This document shows, piece after piece, positions 10,732-21,284 of a stretch of 32,000 nt of DNA. Source of the DNA: Candidatus Arthromitus sp. SFB-mouse-Japan (lineage in GTDB: Bacteria; Bacillota; Clostridia; Clostridiales; Clostridiaceae). The notes under the pieces are model-generated. The model was not told where the DNA came from and did no database searches. It worked only from the letters and a program-made list of their open reading frames with translations. The stretch is taken from positions 90,001-122,000 of the forward strand of contig NC_015913.1 of NCBI RefSeq assembly GCF_000270205.1. The letters are read 5' to 3'. Every line of letters begins with the position of its first letter. The first letter of the stretch is position 1. The translations under genes and the position numbers were made by a program.

Positions 10732-11619
10732 GTGGTTATGGAAAAAGTTAATATTGCAGAGATTAATTATAAAAATTATAATAATTGTTTAAGGATTACA
10801 AATAATTTAGTAGAAGTGATTGTTTTTATGGAAAATACTATAAGAATTGTAAAATATGGGTATGTGAATGGTAATAATCAATTTGAGGATATTTTGATAG
10901 ATAATGATAGCAGAGACATAATAGGAGGAGGGCATAGTTTTAGTTATATACCACAAATAGATCAAAATGTTGATTTTATTGATAATCAAGGTATAACGTA
11001 TGAAAGAATATCAAGTGGTATTAGATTGATTCAAAATATAGAAAAGTGGACCCAAATAAGAAGAGTAATTGAGATAATATTTTATGAGAATTCTACTAAG
11101 ATTAAAGTAATACATAAAATACTATCTTTGAATGCGTTTGATATAAATATAGCAATATGTTCAAACACTGTAGTTAGAAATGGAGGAATAGAGATTATTC
11201 CATTTAGTATTGGGAATAATAGAGATGTACCAAATAAGTCATTAGTTTTTTGGCCATATTCAAATCTTAAAGATTCTAGAGTTTATTTAGGAGATAAGTA
11301 TATTGCTATGAAGGTTAATGAAAATATATGTGATAGATTTAGAATGGGTGTAAATACTGATTTAAGGTATGTGTTATACTATAATAATAATGAGATGTTT
11401 GTTAAAGAATTTGATGAGATTAAGGGTTGTTATGAGTATCCTAACATGGGGTGTAAGTATGAATCTTTAATTACTACTAATTATTTAGAAATGAAGAGTA
11501 ATTCTCCTATATATAAGTTAAGCACTAATAATTATATTACACATATTGAAGTTTGGAATATTTACAAAGATATAAATCTGGATTTTATAGATAAATTTAT
11601 AGATCAATATAATAAATAA
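10732..11619 (+). CDS. Hypothetical protein (function unrecognised)
   Basis: 295-codon ORF co-oriented with its neighbours and followed by a good terminator. The start is either GTG 10732 or ATG 10738. I recognise no motif. Confidence 0.6.
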   Translation: MVMEKVNIAEINYKNYNNCLRITNNLVEVIVFMENTIRIVKYGYVNGNNQFEDILIDNDSRDIIGGGHSFSYIPQIDQNVDFIDNQGITYERISSGIRLIQNIEKWTQIRRVIEIIFYENSTKIKVIHKILSLNAFDINIAICSNTVVRNGGIEIIPFSIGNNRDVPNKSLVFWPYSNLKDSRVYLGDKYIAMKVNENICDRFRMGVNTDLRYVLYYNNNEMFVKEFDEIKGCYEYPNMGCKYESLITTNYLEMKSNSPIYKLSTNNYITHIEVWNIYKDINLDFIDKFIDQYNK

Positions 11620-11625
11620 GTTATT

Positions 11626-11659
11626 CGCCCTATTTAGAAAAACTAAATATGGCGTTTTT
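11626..11659 (+). terminator. Rho-independent terminator after the hypothetical gene
   Basis: Stem CGCCCTATTTAG (11626-11637), loop AAAAA, stem CTAAATATGGCG (11643-11654; 1 mismatch), then TTTTT. Confidence 0.6.
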
Positions 11660-11731
11660 GTATCAAAATTTAATTATGTTCATAACATAAAAATATCAAT
11701 AAATTAAATTCTAATATATTAGGAGAAATAT

Positions 11732-13573
11732 ATGTGTGGGATAACTGGATTTTCCAATTTTAATAAGGATATAAGAAGTGAGTTTAATAATATATTAATG
11801 ATGAATGATTCGCTTTATCATAGAGGACCAGATGAATTTGATTATTATAAACATAAAAATGTGGTTTTGGGACATAGAAGGTTATCTATAGTTGACCCTA
11901 ATGGTGGGAAACAACCAATGCAAAGGATTGTAAATTTTCATAAATATACGATTGTTTATAATGGTGAAATATATAATACTGATGAGATTAGAGATGATTT
12001 GGTAAGTAAAGGTTATAGTTTTTATACTTATTCTGATACAGAAGTTGTCTTAATAAATTATATACACTATAAAGAAGAGTGTGTGAGTAAATTAAATGGT
12101 ATATTTGCGTTTTGTATATTTGATGAAGATAGGAATTGTTTATTTATGGCTCGAGATCAGTTGGGAGTTAAGCCCATTTTTTATAGTTTTAAAGATGGAT
12201 ATTTAATTTTTGGATCTGAGATAAAGTCTTTGTTAAAACATCCTAAAGTTAGTCCTATAGTTTGTGGTGATGGGATATTAGATCTTTTGGGTTTAGGACC
12301 AAGTCGTAGTCTTGGAGAAGGTATATTTAAAGACGTAAAGGAAATACCACCTGCACATTATTTATTTATATATAAAGATAGGATAACACTTAAAGAATAT
12401 TGGAGACTTGAGTCGAAGGAACATAATTTGACTCTCGAAGATACAAAAGAAAAATTATCTTTAATGCTTGAAAATGCTATAAAGAAGCAAATGGTATCAG
12501 ATAGGGGGATTTTTTCTTTTCTATCAGGAGGTATAGATTCATCTCTTATATCAGCTGTAGTATCAGATGAATTTAACAAAGAAGGTAAGATTTTAGATAC
12601 ATTTACTGTAGATTATGTAGATTATGATAAGGATTTTGAGGGTAATGAGTTTGAAGTTACAAGTGATAAATATTTTGTTAAAGTTGTTAATGAATCTATA
12701 AAATCGAATAATAGAATTATTACAATTAAAAATGAAGATTTATTCTATGCTTTAGAAGATGGGCTTTATTCAAGTGATATTCCTTCTATGGCTGACATTG
12801 ATACTTCCTTGTACTTATTTTGTAAAGGAATTAAAAATTATGGTACCGTTGGATTATCTGGAGAATGTGCAGATGAAATATTTGGAGGTTATCCTTGGTA
12901 TTTAAATGAAGAAGATTTGAAGTTAAATAAGTTCCCTTGGAATAGATTTTCGGGTATAAGGAAAGAACTTTTTAATGATAAGATTAAAAATTTAGACTTC
13001 GATTCTTATATTAAAAATAAGTTTGATGAAACTTTAAAGGATGTTTGTATTTTAGATAGTGATAGTGAACTTGATGCAAAAATAAGAAAGATGACTACTC
13101 TTAATGTTAAGTGGTTTATGGTAACTCTTTTAAATAGGAAAGATAGAATGAGTATGGCAAATAGTTTGGAGATAAGAGTTCCTTTTGCAGATAGAGAGCT
13201 TGTTGAATTTTCTTATAATATTCCTGCTAAATTTAAATTCCTAAATGGAAGAGAGAAGGGTATACTTAGAGAAGTAAGTAGAAAATTTTTACCAGATTCT
13301 ATAATAGATAGAAAAAAGAGTCCTTACCCTAAAACTCAAAGTGCTATATACACTAATCTTGTAGTAAATGAATTATCAAATATTTTGGATAATAAATCTA
13401 ATCCTATTTTTGAGATTATAGATGAAAAAAGTGTTAGGAAATTAATTGAGAGTAGAGGAAATTCTTATACGAAACCTTGGTTTGGTCAACTTATGAGAGG
13501 GCCTCAGCTTATGGCATATTTAATACAAATTAATATGTGGCTTAAGAAATATAATATAAATTTATCTTTGTAA
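11732..13573 (+). CDS. asnB: Asparagine synthase (glutamine-hydrolysing)
   Basis: Begins MCGITGF (N-terminal Cys nucleophile of class-II glutamine amidotransferases). PP-loop SGGIDSS in the synthetase domain. 613 aa. Confidence 0.9.
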   Translation: MCGITGFSNFNKDIRSEFNNILMMNDSLYHRGPDEFDYYKHKNVVLGHRRLSIVDPNGGKQPMQRIVNFHKYTIVYNGEIYNTDEIRDDLVSKGYSFYTYSDTEVVLINYIHYKEECVSKLNGIFAFCIFDEDRNCLFMARDQLGVKPIFYSFKDGYLIFGSEIKSLLKHPKVSPIVCGDGILDLLGLGPSRSLGEGIFKDVKEIPPAHYLFIYKDRITLKEYWRLESKEHNLTLEDTKEKLSLMLENAIKKQMVSDRGIFSFLSGGIDSSLISAVVSDEFNKEGKILDTFTVDYVDYDKDFEGNEFEVTSDKYFVKVVNESIKSNNRIITIKNEDLFYALEDGLYSSDIPSMADIDTSLYLFCKGIKNYGTVGLSGECADEIFGGYPWYLNEEDLKLNKFPWNRFSGIRKELFNDKIKNLDFDSYIKNKFDETLKDVCILDSDSELDAKIRKMTTLNVKWFMVTLLNRKDRMSMANSLEIRVPFADRELVEFSYNIPAKFKFLNGREKGILREVSRKFLPDSIIDRKKSPYPKTQSAIYTNLVVNELSNILDNKSNPIFEIIDEKSVRKLIESRGNSYTKPWFGQLMRGPQLMAYLIQINMWLKKYNINLSL

Positions 13574-13580
13574 ATTATAA

Positions 13581-13616
13581 ACCCAAGTGGACTATTCTTT
13601 CCATTTGGGTTTTTTA
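13581..13616 (+). terminator. Rho-independent terminator after asnB
   Basis: ACCCAAGTGG (13581-13590) pairs with CCATTTGGGT (13601-13610; one G-U pair), followed by a T-run. Confidence 0.65.
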
Positions 13617-13673
13617 ATTTTTATTATATGTGGTAAAATTCAATTATATATTATTTGATTAAGGAAATTTGGT

Positions 13674-16600
13674 ATGAATGATTTTGTTCATTTACATGTA
13701 CACTCAGAGTTTAGTTTGTTAGATTCTTCATGTAAGATTAGAAATTTAGTTGAACGGGCGAAAGAACTTGGTATGACATCTCTTGCTATAACAGATCATG
13801 GTGTTATGTACGGATGTTTGGAATTTTATAAAGCATGTAAAATGTATGGCATTAAACCTATAATTGGTTGTGAGATCTATGTTGCGAATAAATCTATGGA
13901 TATAAAGAATGCAGACAAGGATAATTTCACTAGTCATTTAGTTCTTCTTGTGAAAGATGAGATTGGATATAGAAATTTATTAAAAATAGTTAGTGACTCT
14001 TTTATCCGAGGATTTTATTATAAACCGAGGGTTGATATAGAATATTTGAAAGAACATTCAGAGGGTCTTATTGCACTTAGTGCTTGTTTGAGTGGTGGAA
14101 TTTCTAAATATATTTTAAGAAATGATATAGATGGTGCGAAAAATTTATCAATTATATATAAAGAAATATTTAAGGAAGATTTTTATTTAGAAATTCAAGA
14201 TCATGGGATAGAGGACCAAAAAAAGGTTAATAATTTGCTTTTGGAATTTTCATCAGAGCTTGATATAAAACTCGTTGTTACAAATGATGTTCATTACATA
14301 AAAAAAGATGATGCAAATGCCCATGATGTGCTTATTTGCATACAAACAGGTAGCAATGTAGATGAAGAAAGAAGAATGAAATACCATGGTGATCAGTTTT
14401 ATTTGAAATCAAAAGATGAGATGTATGAAGCGTTTCCTAATTATATGGATGGACTTTTAAATACCATTGAAATACGAGATAAATGCAATTTTGAGTATAA
14501 ATTTCATGAGAATATGCCTCCAAAATATATTATGGATAATTCACTTGAGCCTTTTGAGTATTTAAAGAGGCTATGTTATCTTGGGCTCATAAATAAATAT
14601 GATGAATTTTCACATGAGATTGAAATATTTAAAATTGAAGATATTTTAGATGACTCTAAGTTTGAAATATTAAAAGAAGAGATAGGTAAAAATATTACAG
14701 ATACTAAGAAAAAATTAGTAGATAGGGTTAAATATGAACTTAATTTGATAAATTCTATGGGATTTGTTGATTATTTTTTAATTGTGTGGGATTTTATAAA
14801 ATTTTGCATGGAAAAGTCGATACCAACAGGACCTGGAAGAGGAAGTGTTGCTGGATCTATCGTTGCATATGTGCTTAATATAACAAAAGTTGATCCTATA
14901 AAGTATAGTTTAATATTTGAGAGGTTTTTAAATCCTGAAAGAATTTCTATGCCAGATATAGATTCCGATTTTTGTAATGAGAGAAGAGAGGAAGTCATTA
15001 GCTACGTAAGAGATAAGTATGGTGATCAGAATGTGTCTAATATTATAACTTTTGGTACAATGGCTGCAAAAGCTTGTATTAGAGATGTTGGAAGAGCTAT
15101 GAATTACCCATATGGTGAGGTTGATAAAATAGCTAAGATGGTTCCCAATATGTTAAATATAACTATAGATTTAGCGCTTCTTTATAATAAAGAATTAAAT
15201 GATTTATATAATAATGATCTTAGAGTTAAGAAGTTGATTGATATATCAAAGAGGCTTGAAGGTCTTCCTAGACATACATCTATTCATGCTGCAGGTGTTA
15301 TTATCAGTCCTTATAATTTAACGGATTTAATACCCGTAAAAAAAGATGGCGATATGCTTGTAACTCAATTTCCTATGGCAAATCTTGAAGAGCTTGGACT
15401 GCTTAAGATGGATTTCTTAGGTCTTAGAACTTTAACTGTGATAAACGATTGCATTAAGATTATTGAGAAAAATAAAGGGATTAAAATAGATTTAGACAAT
15501 ATTGATTTTGATGACCAAAATGTATTTAATATGATTGGAGATGGCAAAACTTGTGGAGTATTTCAGCTCGAATCATTTGGAATGACTAGTTTTATGAAGG
15601 AATTAAAACCTAATTCTATTGAAGATATAATAGCAGGCATTAGTTTATATAGACCAGGGCCTATGGATGAGATACCAAATTACATAAAAAATAAAAATAA
15701 TATTGGAGATATAAAATATTTAACAAAAGAACTTGAAGATATATTAAATGTTACATATGGAGTTATTGTTTATCAGGAACAAGTAATGGAGATCGTTCAG
15801 AAGTTATCTGGATATTCTTTGGGAAGGAGCGATCTTGTACGACGTGCTATGGCCAAAAAAAAGCATGAGGAGATGGAAAAGGAGAGGAAGAAATTTGTTT
15901 ATGGATATAAAGATGGAGAAGAAATAATAAAAGGATGCGTAAATAATGGGATTGATGAAAAAATTGCTCATAAAATCTTTGATCAGATGGTAGATTTTGC
16001 CTCTTATGCCTTTAATAAGAGTCATGCTGCTGCATATGCGATTATTGCTTATGAAACTGCATATTTAATGAGGTATTATAAATCTGAATATATATGTGCA
16101 CTTTTAAATAGCGTTATAAATAATATGGATAAGGTTTGCTATTATATAAGATTTGGAGAAAGTATGAATATAAAGATTTTTCCTCCATGTGTAAATAATA
16201 GTCACAATAAGTTTATAGTTGAGGGTGAATATATATATTTTGGATTGTCAGCTATTAAAAATTTAGGAGAAGGTGCATGTGAAAAAATCGTTTATTATAG
16301 AGAAAAATATGGAAAGTTCAAGAATGAGTATGATTTTTTTAAGGCTTGTGTAAAATGTTCAATCAATAAGAAAGGCATAGAGAGTATTATAAAATCAGGA
16401 GCATTAGATGTTTTTAATATTTCTAGGTCATACCTTCTCATGAATTTTGAGAAGATTGTTGATGGAATATCTAAAGAATTTCGAGAAAATTTAGAAGGTC
16501 AAATGAATTTATTTGGATTAATTGGCAGGGAAGATGATAAAACATTTAAATTAAATAATCGTGATGATTTATATGATGATAGTGATAAGAATCTTTTATT

Positions 16601-17213
16601 TGAAAAAGAGGTTTTAGGCATATATATTTCTGGACATCCTATACACAAGTACAAAGAAATATTAGATAAAGTTTGTACAAATTCTATTTCTGATTTTTAT
16701 GATGATGATATGAAAATTAATGATGGATATGAGGTTGTAATAGGTGGATCAGTGAGAGAATTTAAGAAAATTATAACTAAAAATAATTCTATGATGTGCT
16801 TTTTATATGTTGAAGATAAGTATTCTTCAATAGAGTGCGTTGTTTTCCCTAAGGTATATGAAAAATTTAATTATTTAATAAATGATAATAGTATTGTTAT
16901 AATAAAAGGTGTGTTTAAAAAAAATGATGATGTATTTAAAATTATAGTAAATGAGATAATAGGAATTGAAGAATATGATAGGTTTAAGTTGTATATTTTA
17001 TGTAAAAGCTTGAAAGAGATAACAAATTCTTTTAATAAGGCTAAGGATATTTTAATTAGTAATAGGGGACATGTTAATGTTAATTTGTATTCCTTGGAGG
17101 GAAAGAAGGTTTTTAGAGTGAATGATTATGGTGTTAATTTAAGTAATAGTCTTATTTGTGAGCTGAACAAAGTATTTTCACAGGAATTTGTAAAGGTAAT
17201 TATTACTAAATAA
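13674..17213 (+). CDS. dnaE: DNA polymerase III alpha subunit (DnaE type)
   Basis: 1179 aa. N-terminal PHP domain (FVHLHVHSEFSLLDS), polymerase core (PDIDSDF, GLLKMDFLGLRTL) and a C-terminal OB-fold region. Confidence 0.95.
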   Translation: MNDFVHLHVHSEFSLLDSSCKIRNLVERAKELGMTSLAITDHGVMYGCLEFYKACKMYGIKPIIGCEIYVANKSMDIKNADKDNFTSHLVLLVKDEIGYRNLLKIVSDSFIRGFYYKPRVDIEYLKEHSEGLIALSACLSGGISKYILRNDIDGAKNLSIIYKEIFKEDFYLEIQDHGIEDQKKVNNLLLEFSSELDIKLVVTNDVHYIKKDDANAHDVLICIQTGSNVDEERRMKYHGDQFYLKSKDEMYEAFPNYMDGLLNTIEIRDKCNFEYKFHENMPPKYIMDNSLEPFEYLKRLCYLGLINKYDEFSHEIEIFKIEDILDDSKFEILKEEIGKNITDTKKKLVDRVKYELNLINSMGFVDYFLIVWDFIKFCMEKSIPTGPGRGSVAGSIVAYVLNITKVDPIKYSLIFERFLNPERISMPDIDSDFCNERREEVISYVRDKYGDQNVSNIITFGTMAAKACIRDVGRAMNYPYGEVDKIAKMVPNMLNITIDLALLYNKELNDLYNNDLRVKKLIDISKRLEGLPRHTSIHAAGVIISPYNLTDLIPVKKDGDMLVTQFPMANLEELGLLKMDFLGLRTLTVINDCIKIIEKNKGIKIDLDNIDFDDQNVFNMIGDGKTCGVFQLESFGMTSFMKELKPNSIEDIIAGISLYRPGPMDEIPNYIKNKNNIGDIKYLTKELEDILNVTYGVIVYQEQVMEIVQKLSGYSLGRSDLVRRAMAKKKHEEMEKERKKFVYGYKDGEEIIKGCVNNGIDEKIAHKIFDQMVDFASYAFNKSHAAAYAIIAYETAYLMRYYKSEYICALLNSVINNMDKVCYYIRFGESMNIKIFPPCVNNSHNKFIVEGEYIYFGLSAIKNLGEGACEKIVYYREKYGKFKNEYDFFKACVKCSINKKGIESIIKSGALDVFNISRSYLLMNFEKIVDGISKEFRENLEGQMNLFGLIGREDDKTFKLNNRDDLYDDSDKNLLFEKEVLGIYISGHPIHKYKEILDKVCTNSISDFYDDDMKINDGYEVVIGGSVREFKKIITKNNSMMCFLYVEDKYSSIECVVFPKVYEKFNYLINDNSIVIIKGVFKKNDDVFKIIVNEIIGIEEYDRFKLYILCKSLKEITNSFNKAKDILISNRGHVNVNLYSLEGKKVFRVNDYGVNLSNSLICELNKVFSQEFVKVIITK

Positions 17214-17241
17214 ATGTCTATATATTGGAGGTTTAATTATT

Positions 17242-18201
17242 ATGAAAAAGATAGCGATTTTAACAAGTGGTGGAGATGCTCCAGGAATGAATGCAGCTGT
17301 TAGGTCGGTTGTGAGATATGCTTTAAGTAAAGATATAGAGGTTCTTGGAATACATAGAGGATACCATGGACTTTTACACGGTGAAATAGAATCTTTAAGT
17401 AGAAGATCCGTTTCTGATATTATAGATAGAGGGGGAACATTCTTAAAAACTGCAAGATGTCTCGAGTTTAAACAAGAAGAAGTGAGAGCTCAGGCCTATG
17501 AGATATTAAAAAGTCATAATGTTGATGGACTTGTGGTTGTAGGTGGTGATGGATCATTTACTGGGGCTCATTTGTTATCAAAGTTTGGTTTATCTACAGT
17601 TGGTATACCTGGAACTATAGATAATGATCTTCCTTACACAGACTATACGATTGGATTTGATACAGCTCTTAATACAATATTGGATGCTGTGAGAAAATTG
17701 AGAGATACATCAAGTTCTCATGAGAGAGTTAGTATTGTTGAAGTTATGGGAAGAAATTGCGGAGATTTAGCATTATATTCAGCTCTTGCTGGTGGCGCTG
17801 AAGCGGTGATTGTTCCTGAGTATCCTTTTAATCGTGAGGGATTATGTAAAACTATATTAGAGTCTAAGAAAAATAAAAAGCTTCATAGCCTAATAATTTT
17901 AGCAGAAGGGGCAGGGAATGCAGAGGATCTTAGAAAGTATATACAACAGAAAATAGGACTTGATACTAGGGCGACAGTTCTTGGACATATACAACGTGGA
18001 GGGATACCGACTGGACGCGATAGAGTTTTAGCATCTGTAATGGGAAGAAAAGCTGTAGATACTCTTTTGAGCAATGAAGTTTGTGCAAAAGTTATAGGTG
18101 TTAAAGAAAATACAGTGTTTGATATGGATATAGAGGAAGCTCTAAAGATTGAGAAGAAATTTAATAAAGATTTATATGATCTTGTTAATAAATTGGTATA
18201 A
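17242..18201 (+). CDS. pfkA: ATP-dependent 6-phosphofructokinase
   Basis: ILTSGGDAPGMNAA, GGDGS, PGTIDND and MGR motifs. 319 aa. Confidence 0.95.
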   Translation: MKKIAILTSGGDAPGMNAAVRSVVRYALSKDIEVLGIHRGYHGLLHGEIESLSRRSVSDIIDRGGTFLKTARCLEFKQEEVRAQAYEILKSHNVDGLVVVGGDGSFTGAHLLSKFGLSTVGIPGTIDNDLPYTDYTIGFDTALNTILDAVRKLRDTSSSHERVSIVEVMGRNCGDLALYSALAGGAEAVIVPEYPFNREGLCKTILESKKNKKLHSLIILAEGAGNAEDLRKYIQQKIGLDTRATVLGHIQRGGIPTGRDRVLASVMGRKAVDTLLSNEVCAKVIGVKENTVFDMDIEEALKIEKKFNKDLYDLVNKLV

Positions 18202-18228
18202 GCTAAGATTTGAAAGGAGTTTTTTAAA

Positions 18229-19650
18229 GTGAGGAAGACAAAAATAGTATGTACAATAGGTCCTGCTAGTGATAAATATGATATTTTAAGAGAATTGATT
18301 GAAAAGGGAATGAATGTCATGAGACTCAATTTTTCCCATGGTGATTTTGAAGAGCATGGTAATAGAATAAAATTAGTTAGGCAAATTAGTGAGGAATTAA
18401 ACAAAAATGTAGGTATAATGCTTGACACAAAAGGACCTGAAATTAGAACTAAGAAATTTGAGGGTAAGGTTTTATTAAATCAGGGAGATAAATTTGTTAT
18501 ATATACAAAGGAGGATATAGTTGGTGATTCAACCAGATGTTCTGTTACTTATGAAGATCTTTATAAAGATGTAGAAGTTGGAGGTAAAATACTTATAGAT
18601 GATGGTTTAGTAGCCCTTGAAATTGAAGATGTGGAAGATGGTAAAATAAGTTGTATTGTTTTAAATTCTGGTGAGATTTCAAGTAACAAGGGTGTTAATT
18701 TACCAAAGTCTAAGATAAAATTGCCTGCACTTACAGAAAAGGATAAGAATGATTTGTTATTTGGTATAAAGAATGATGTTGAATATGTTGCTGCTTCTTT
18801 TATAAGGAAATCTGATGATGTTATACAAATCAGGAAATTTCTTGATTTAAATGGAGGAGATTTTATAAAAATCATATCTAAGATAGAGAACCAGGAGGGA
18901 CTTGATAATATAGATGAAATCATAGATAGTTCTGATGGAATAATGGTTGCTAGAGGTGATTTGGGAGTTGAGATTCCTATTGAAAATTTGCCTCATTGGC
19001 AAAAGTTAATTATAAAGAAATGTAATGATAGAGGAAAATTTGTAATAACTGCAACCCAAATGCTTGACTCTATGATTAGGAATCCAAGACCCACGAGAGC
19101 TGAAGCTTCGGATGTAGCTAATGCTATACATGATGGTAGCGATGCAGTTATGTTGAGTGGAGAAACTGCAAATGGTAAATATCCATTAGAGGCGTATGAA
19201 ATAATGGATAAGATTATAGTTACAACTGAACAGAGTTTAGATTATGAAGGGAAACTTCAGAAGAAATTATCTAAAATAGAATATAAAGATGTACCTAATA
19301 CGATTGCATTATTTTCTTGTACTACAGCAAATGAAGTTGGTGCTAAGGCTATACTTGCTTGCACAAAGTCTGGTGCTACAGCGAAGTTTGTATCTAGATT
19401 TAGGCCGGAGTGTCCTATTATTTCTATAACTCAAATGAAAAAGGTTGCTAGAATGTTGTCTATTTATTGGGGCGTATATACTCAAACAATAAGTGAGACA
19501 ATTGATAATACAGATATGTTAATTGATTTATCGGTAGATAAGGCTAAAAAAGAGTATAACTTTAAAGATGGCGATTTAGTAGTTGTTTCGGCAAGTGTTC
19601 CCGCAAATTTTAAAGGTCATACAAATATGCTTAAGGTTCATGAAATTTAA
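18229..19650 (+). CDS. pyk: Pyruvate kinase
   Basis: MRKTKIVCTIGPAS.., MVARGDLGVEIP, TQMLDSM. GTG start after AAGGAG. The dnaE-pfkA-pyk order is typical of clostridia. Confidence 0.95.
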   Translation: MRKTKIVCTIGPASDKYDILRELIEKGMNVMRLNFSHGDFEEHGNRIKLVRQISEELNKNVGIMLDTKGPEIRTKKFEGKVLLNQGDKFVIYTKEDIVGDSTRCSVTYEDLYKDVEVGGKILIDDGLVALEIEDVEDGKISCIVLNSGEISSNKGVNLPKSKIKLPALTEKDKNDLLFGIKNDVEYVAASFIRKSDDVIQIRKFLDLNGGDFIKIISKIENQEGLDNIDEIIDSSDGIMVARGDLGVEIPIENLPHWQKLIIKKCNDRGKFVITATQMLDSMIRNPRPTRAEASDVANAIHDGSDAVMLSGETANGKYPLEAYEIMDKIIVTTEQSLDYEGKLQKKLSKIEYKDVPNTIALFSCTTANEVGAKAILACTKSGATAKFVSRFRPECPIISITQMKKVARMLSIYWGVYTQTISETIDNTDMLIDLSVDKAKKEYNFKDGDLVVVSASVPANFKGHTNMLKVHEI

Positions 19651-19773
19651 AAATTCACTAAAAATTAACATATGTATAATAAATAATTAACAAATTAATT
19701 ACTGGGTAAGTATATATTATAAGTAGGTTTTACAAATTAAATATATTTTTATTGGGTAAACTGATTCAAAAAA

Positions 19774-19807
19774 ACATTAGTATCTTTTGATACTAATGTT
19801 TTTTTTG
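19774..19807 (+). terminator. Rho-independent terminator after pyk
   Basis: ACATTAGTATC (19774-19784), loop TTTT, GATACTAATGT (19789-19799), then a T8 run. It overlaps the N-terminal extension of the next ORF in the ORF track, which argues against that extension. Confidence 0.7.
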
Positions 19808-19831
19808 ATTAAGGAGGAAAATTTTTTAAGT

Positions 19832-21217
19832 ATGGTGGATGTTGCTAATAAGTACATAGTAAAGATTGAGGATTATGATAGTAAGGGAAATGGAGTTTCA
19901 CATATAGACGATTTAGTTGTTTTTGTACCTAATACCATAGTTGGCGAAATTGTTGAGATATGTATAGAAAAGGTAAATAAGAATTTTTTAAGAGGTAGAG
20001 TTAATGAAGTGCTTTCAGTATCTGAATCAAGAGTATTGCCTATATGTGAGATATATGAAAAATGTGGTGGATGTAATATTCAGCACATGAATTATAAGGA
20101 GCAAATTAGATTTAAAGAAAGTAAAATAATAAATACATTAAATAAAATAGGTGATATACGGAATATTAAGATGGAAAAATTCTATGCGATGTCTATTCCA
20201 TATGAGTATAGGAATAAAGTTCAGGTACCATTTGGATTAAGTGATTCTGGTGTTAAAGCTGGATTTTATGAAAAAAATACTCATAATATTATCAATATGG
20301 ACTTCTGTCATATACAGTTTCACGAAGGTAATGATATTGTTAAGGAAACTAGAGAATATATAAAAAAAAATAATATAAAGCCTTATGATGAGAGTGCTAA
20401 TTATAAAAAAGGTTGTGATTATGGTCTTGTAAGACATTTGCTCATTAGAAAGGGATATAATACAAATGAAATCATGCTTGTAATTGTGTTAACTAGAGAT
20501 GACGAGGAATTTTTAAATGGGTATATGGATTTTATATTAGAAAAATTTAAGAATATAAAGACAATAATAGTTAACGTAAATAATGAAATAACAAATGTTA
20601 TTCTTGGAAAATACGAGAGGGTATTGTATGGTGATGGTTATATAAAAGACAAGATAAATGATTTTATATTTAGAATACATAGTAAATCATTTTTTCAGGT
20701 TAATACAAAACAATCTGAGAAGTTATATTCGGCTGCAATTGAAATGTGTGATTTAAAATTTGGAGATATTCTTCTAGATGCTTATTGTGGGATTGGTACC
20801 ATAGGTATATGTGCAAGTAGAAAAATAAAGCAGGTCTATGGTATAGAGGAAGTTAAAGAGAGCATAGTTGATGCTAATGAAAATAAGATTATAAATAATA
20901 TTAAAAATATAGAATTTATACATGGTAAGGTTGAAGATGAAATATTTAATTTAGTAAATAGCGGGGTTAATATAAATGCTGTTATTTTAGATCCTCCAAG
21001 AAAGGGTGTAAAGGAGAGGGTCTTACATAAAATAAGAGATATTAACTGTAGAAAAATAGTTTATATTTCATGTGATGTATCGACTCTCTCTAGAGATGCT
21101 AAGATATTAAATTCCCTTGGCTATAAGATTGATAAAATTAGAGGAGTTGATATGTTTTGTCAAACATATCATGTAGAAACTATTGTTAGATTTACTTTGC
21201 GACCATCTGGATTTTAA
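19832..21217 (+). CDS. 23S rRNA (uracil-5-)-methyltransferase, RlmD/RumA family
   Basis: TRAM-like N-terminus, Fe-S cysteine cluster CEIYEKCGGC, SAM motif LDAYCGIGTIG and catalytic-Cys region VYISCD. The ATG at 19832 is preferred because the TTG at 19787 lies inside the pyk terminator. The start remains uncertain because the SD spacing is long. Confidence 0.85.
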   Translation: MVDVANKYIVKIEDYDSKGNGVSHIDDLVVFVPNTIVGEIVEICIEKVNKNFLRGRVNEVLSVSESRVLPICEIYEKCGGCNIQHMNYKEQIRFKESKIINTLNKIGDIRNIKMEKFYAMSIPYEYRNKVQVPFGLSDSGVKAGFYEKNTHNIINMDFCHIQFHEGNDIVKETREYIKKNNIKPYDESANYKKGCDYGLVRHLLIRKGYNTNEIMLVIVLTRDDEEFLNGYMDFILEKFKNIKTIIVNVNNEITNVILGKYERVLYGDGYIKDKINDFIFRIHSKSFFQVNTKQSEKLYSAAIEMCDLKFGDILLDAYCGIGTIGICASRKIKQVYGIEEVKESIVDANENKIINNIKNIEFIHGKVEDEIFNLVNSGVNINAVILDPPRKGVKERVLHKIRDINCRKIVYISCDVSTLSRDAKILNSLGYKIDKIRGVDMFCQTYHVETIVRFTLRPSGF

Positions 21218-21255
21218 ATATTTGTGAATCAAATTTTATTAGTTTTGACTACCTT

Positions 21256-21284
21256 TTGCCTACATAAAATTAATATGTAGGCAA
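21256..21284. repeat. 11-bp perfect inverted repeat at the chromosome/prophage junction
   Basis: TTGCCTACATA (21256-21266) and TATGTAGGCAA (21274-21284) around a 7-nt loop. The repeat spans the integrase stop codon. Confidence 0.6.

Noticed and set aside
17883-18428. 181-aa minus-strand ORF spanning the pfkA/pyk junction
   Set aside because: It is antisense to two strongly supported glycolytic genes, has a low-complexity Ser/Leu/Ile-rich composition and no SD. It is a shadow ORF. The same reasoning applies to 1572-1817, 9074-9445, 9591-9773, 10445-10630, 10807-10989, 12358-12579, 13746-13937, 14771-14998, 15365-15547, 15804-16025, 18561-18923, 20237-20437 and 23540-23788.
19787-19831. N-terminal extension of the rlmD-like ORF from TTG 19787
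   Set aside because: The extension is built from the pyk terminator hairpin and its T-run. The conserved TRAM-domain protein begins at the ATG at 19832.
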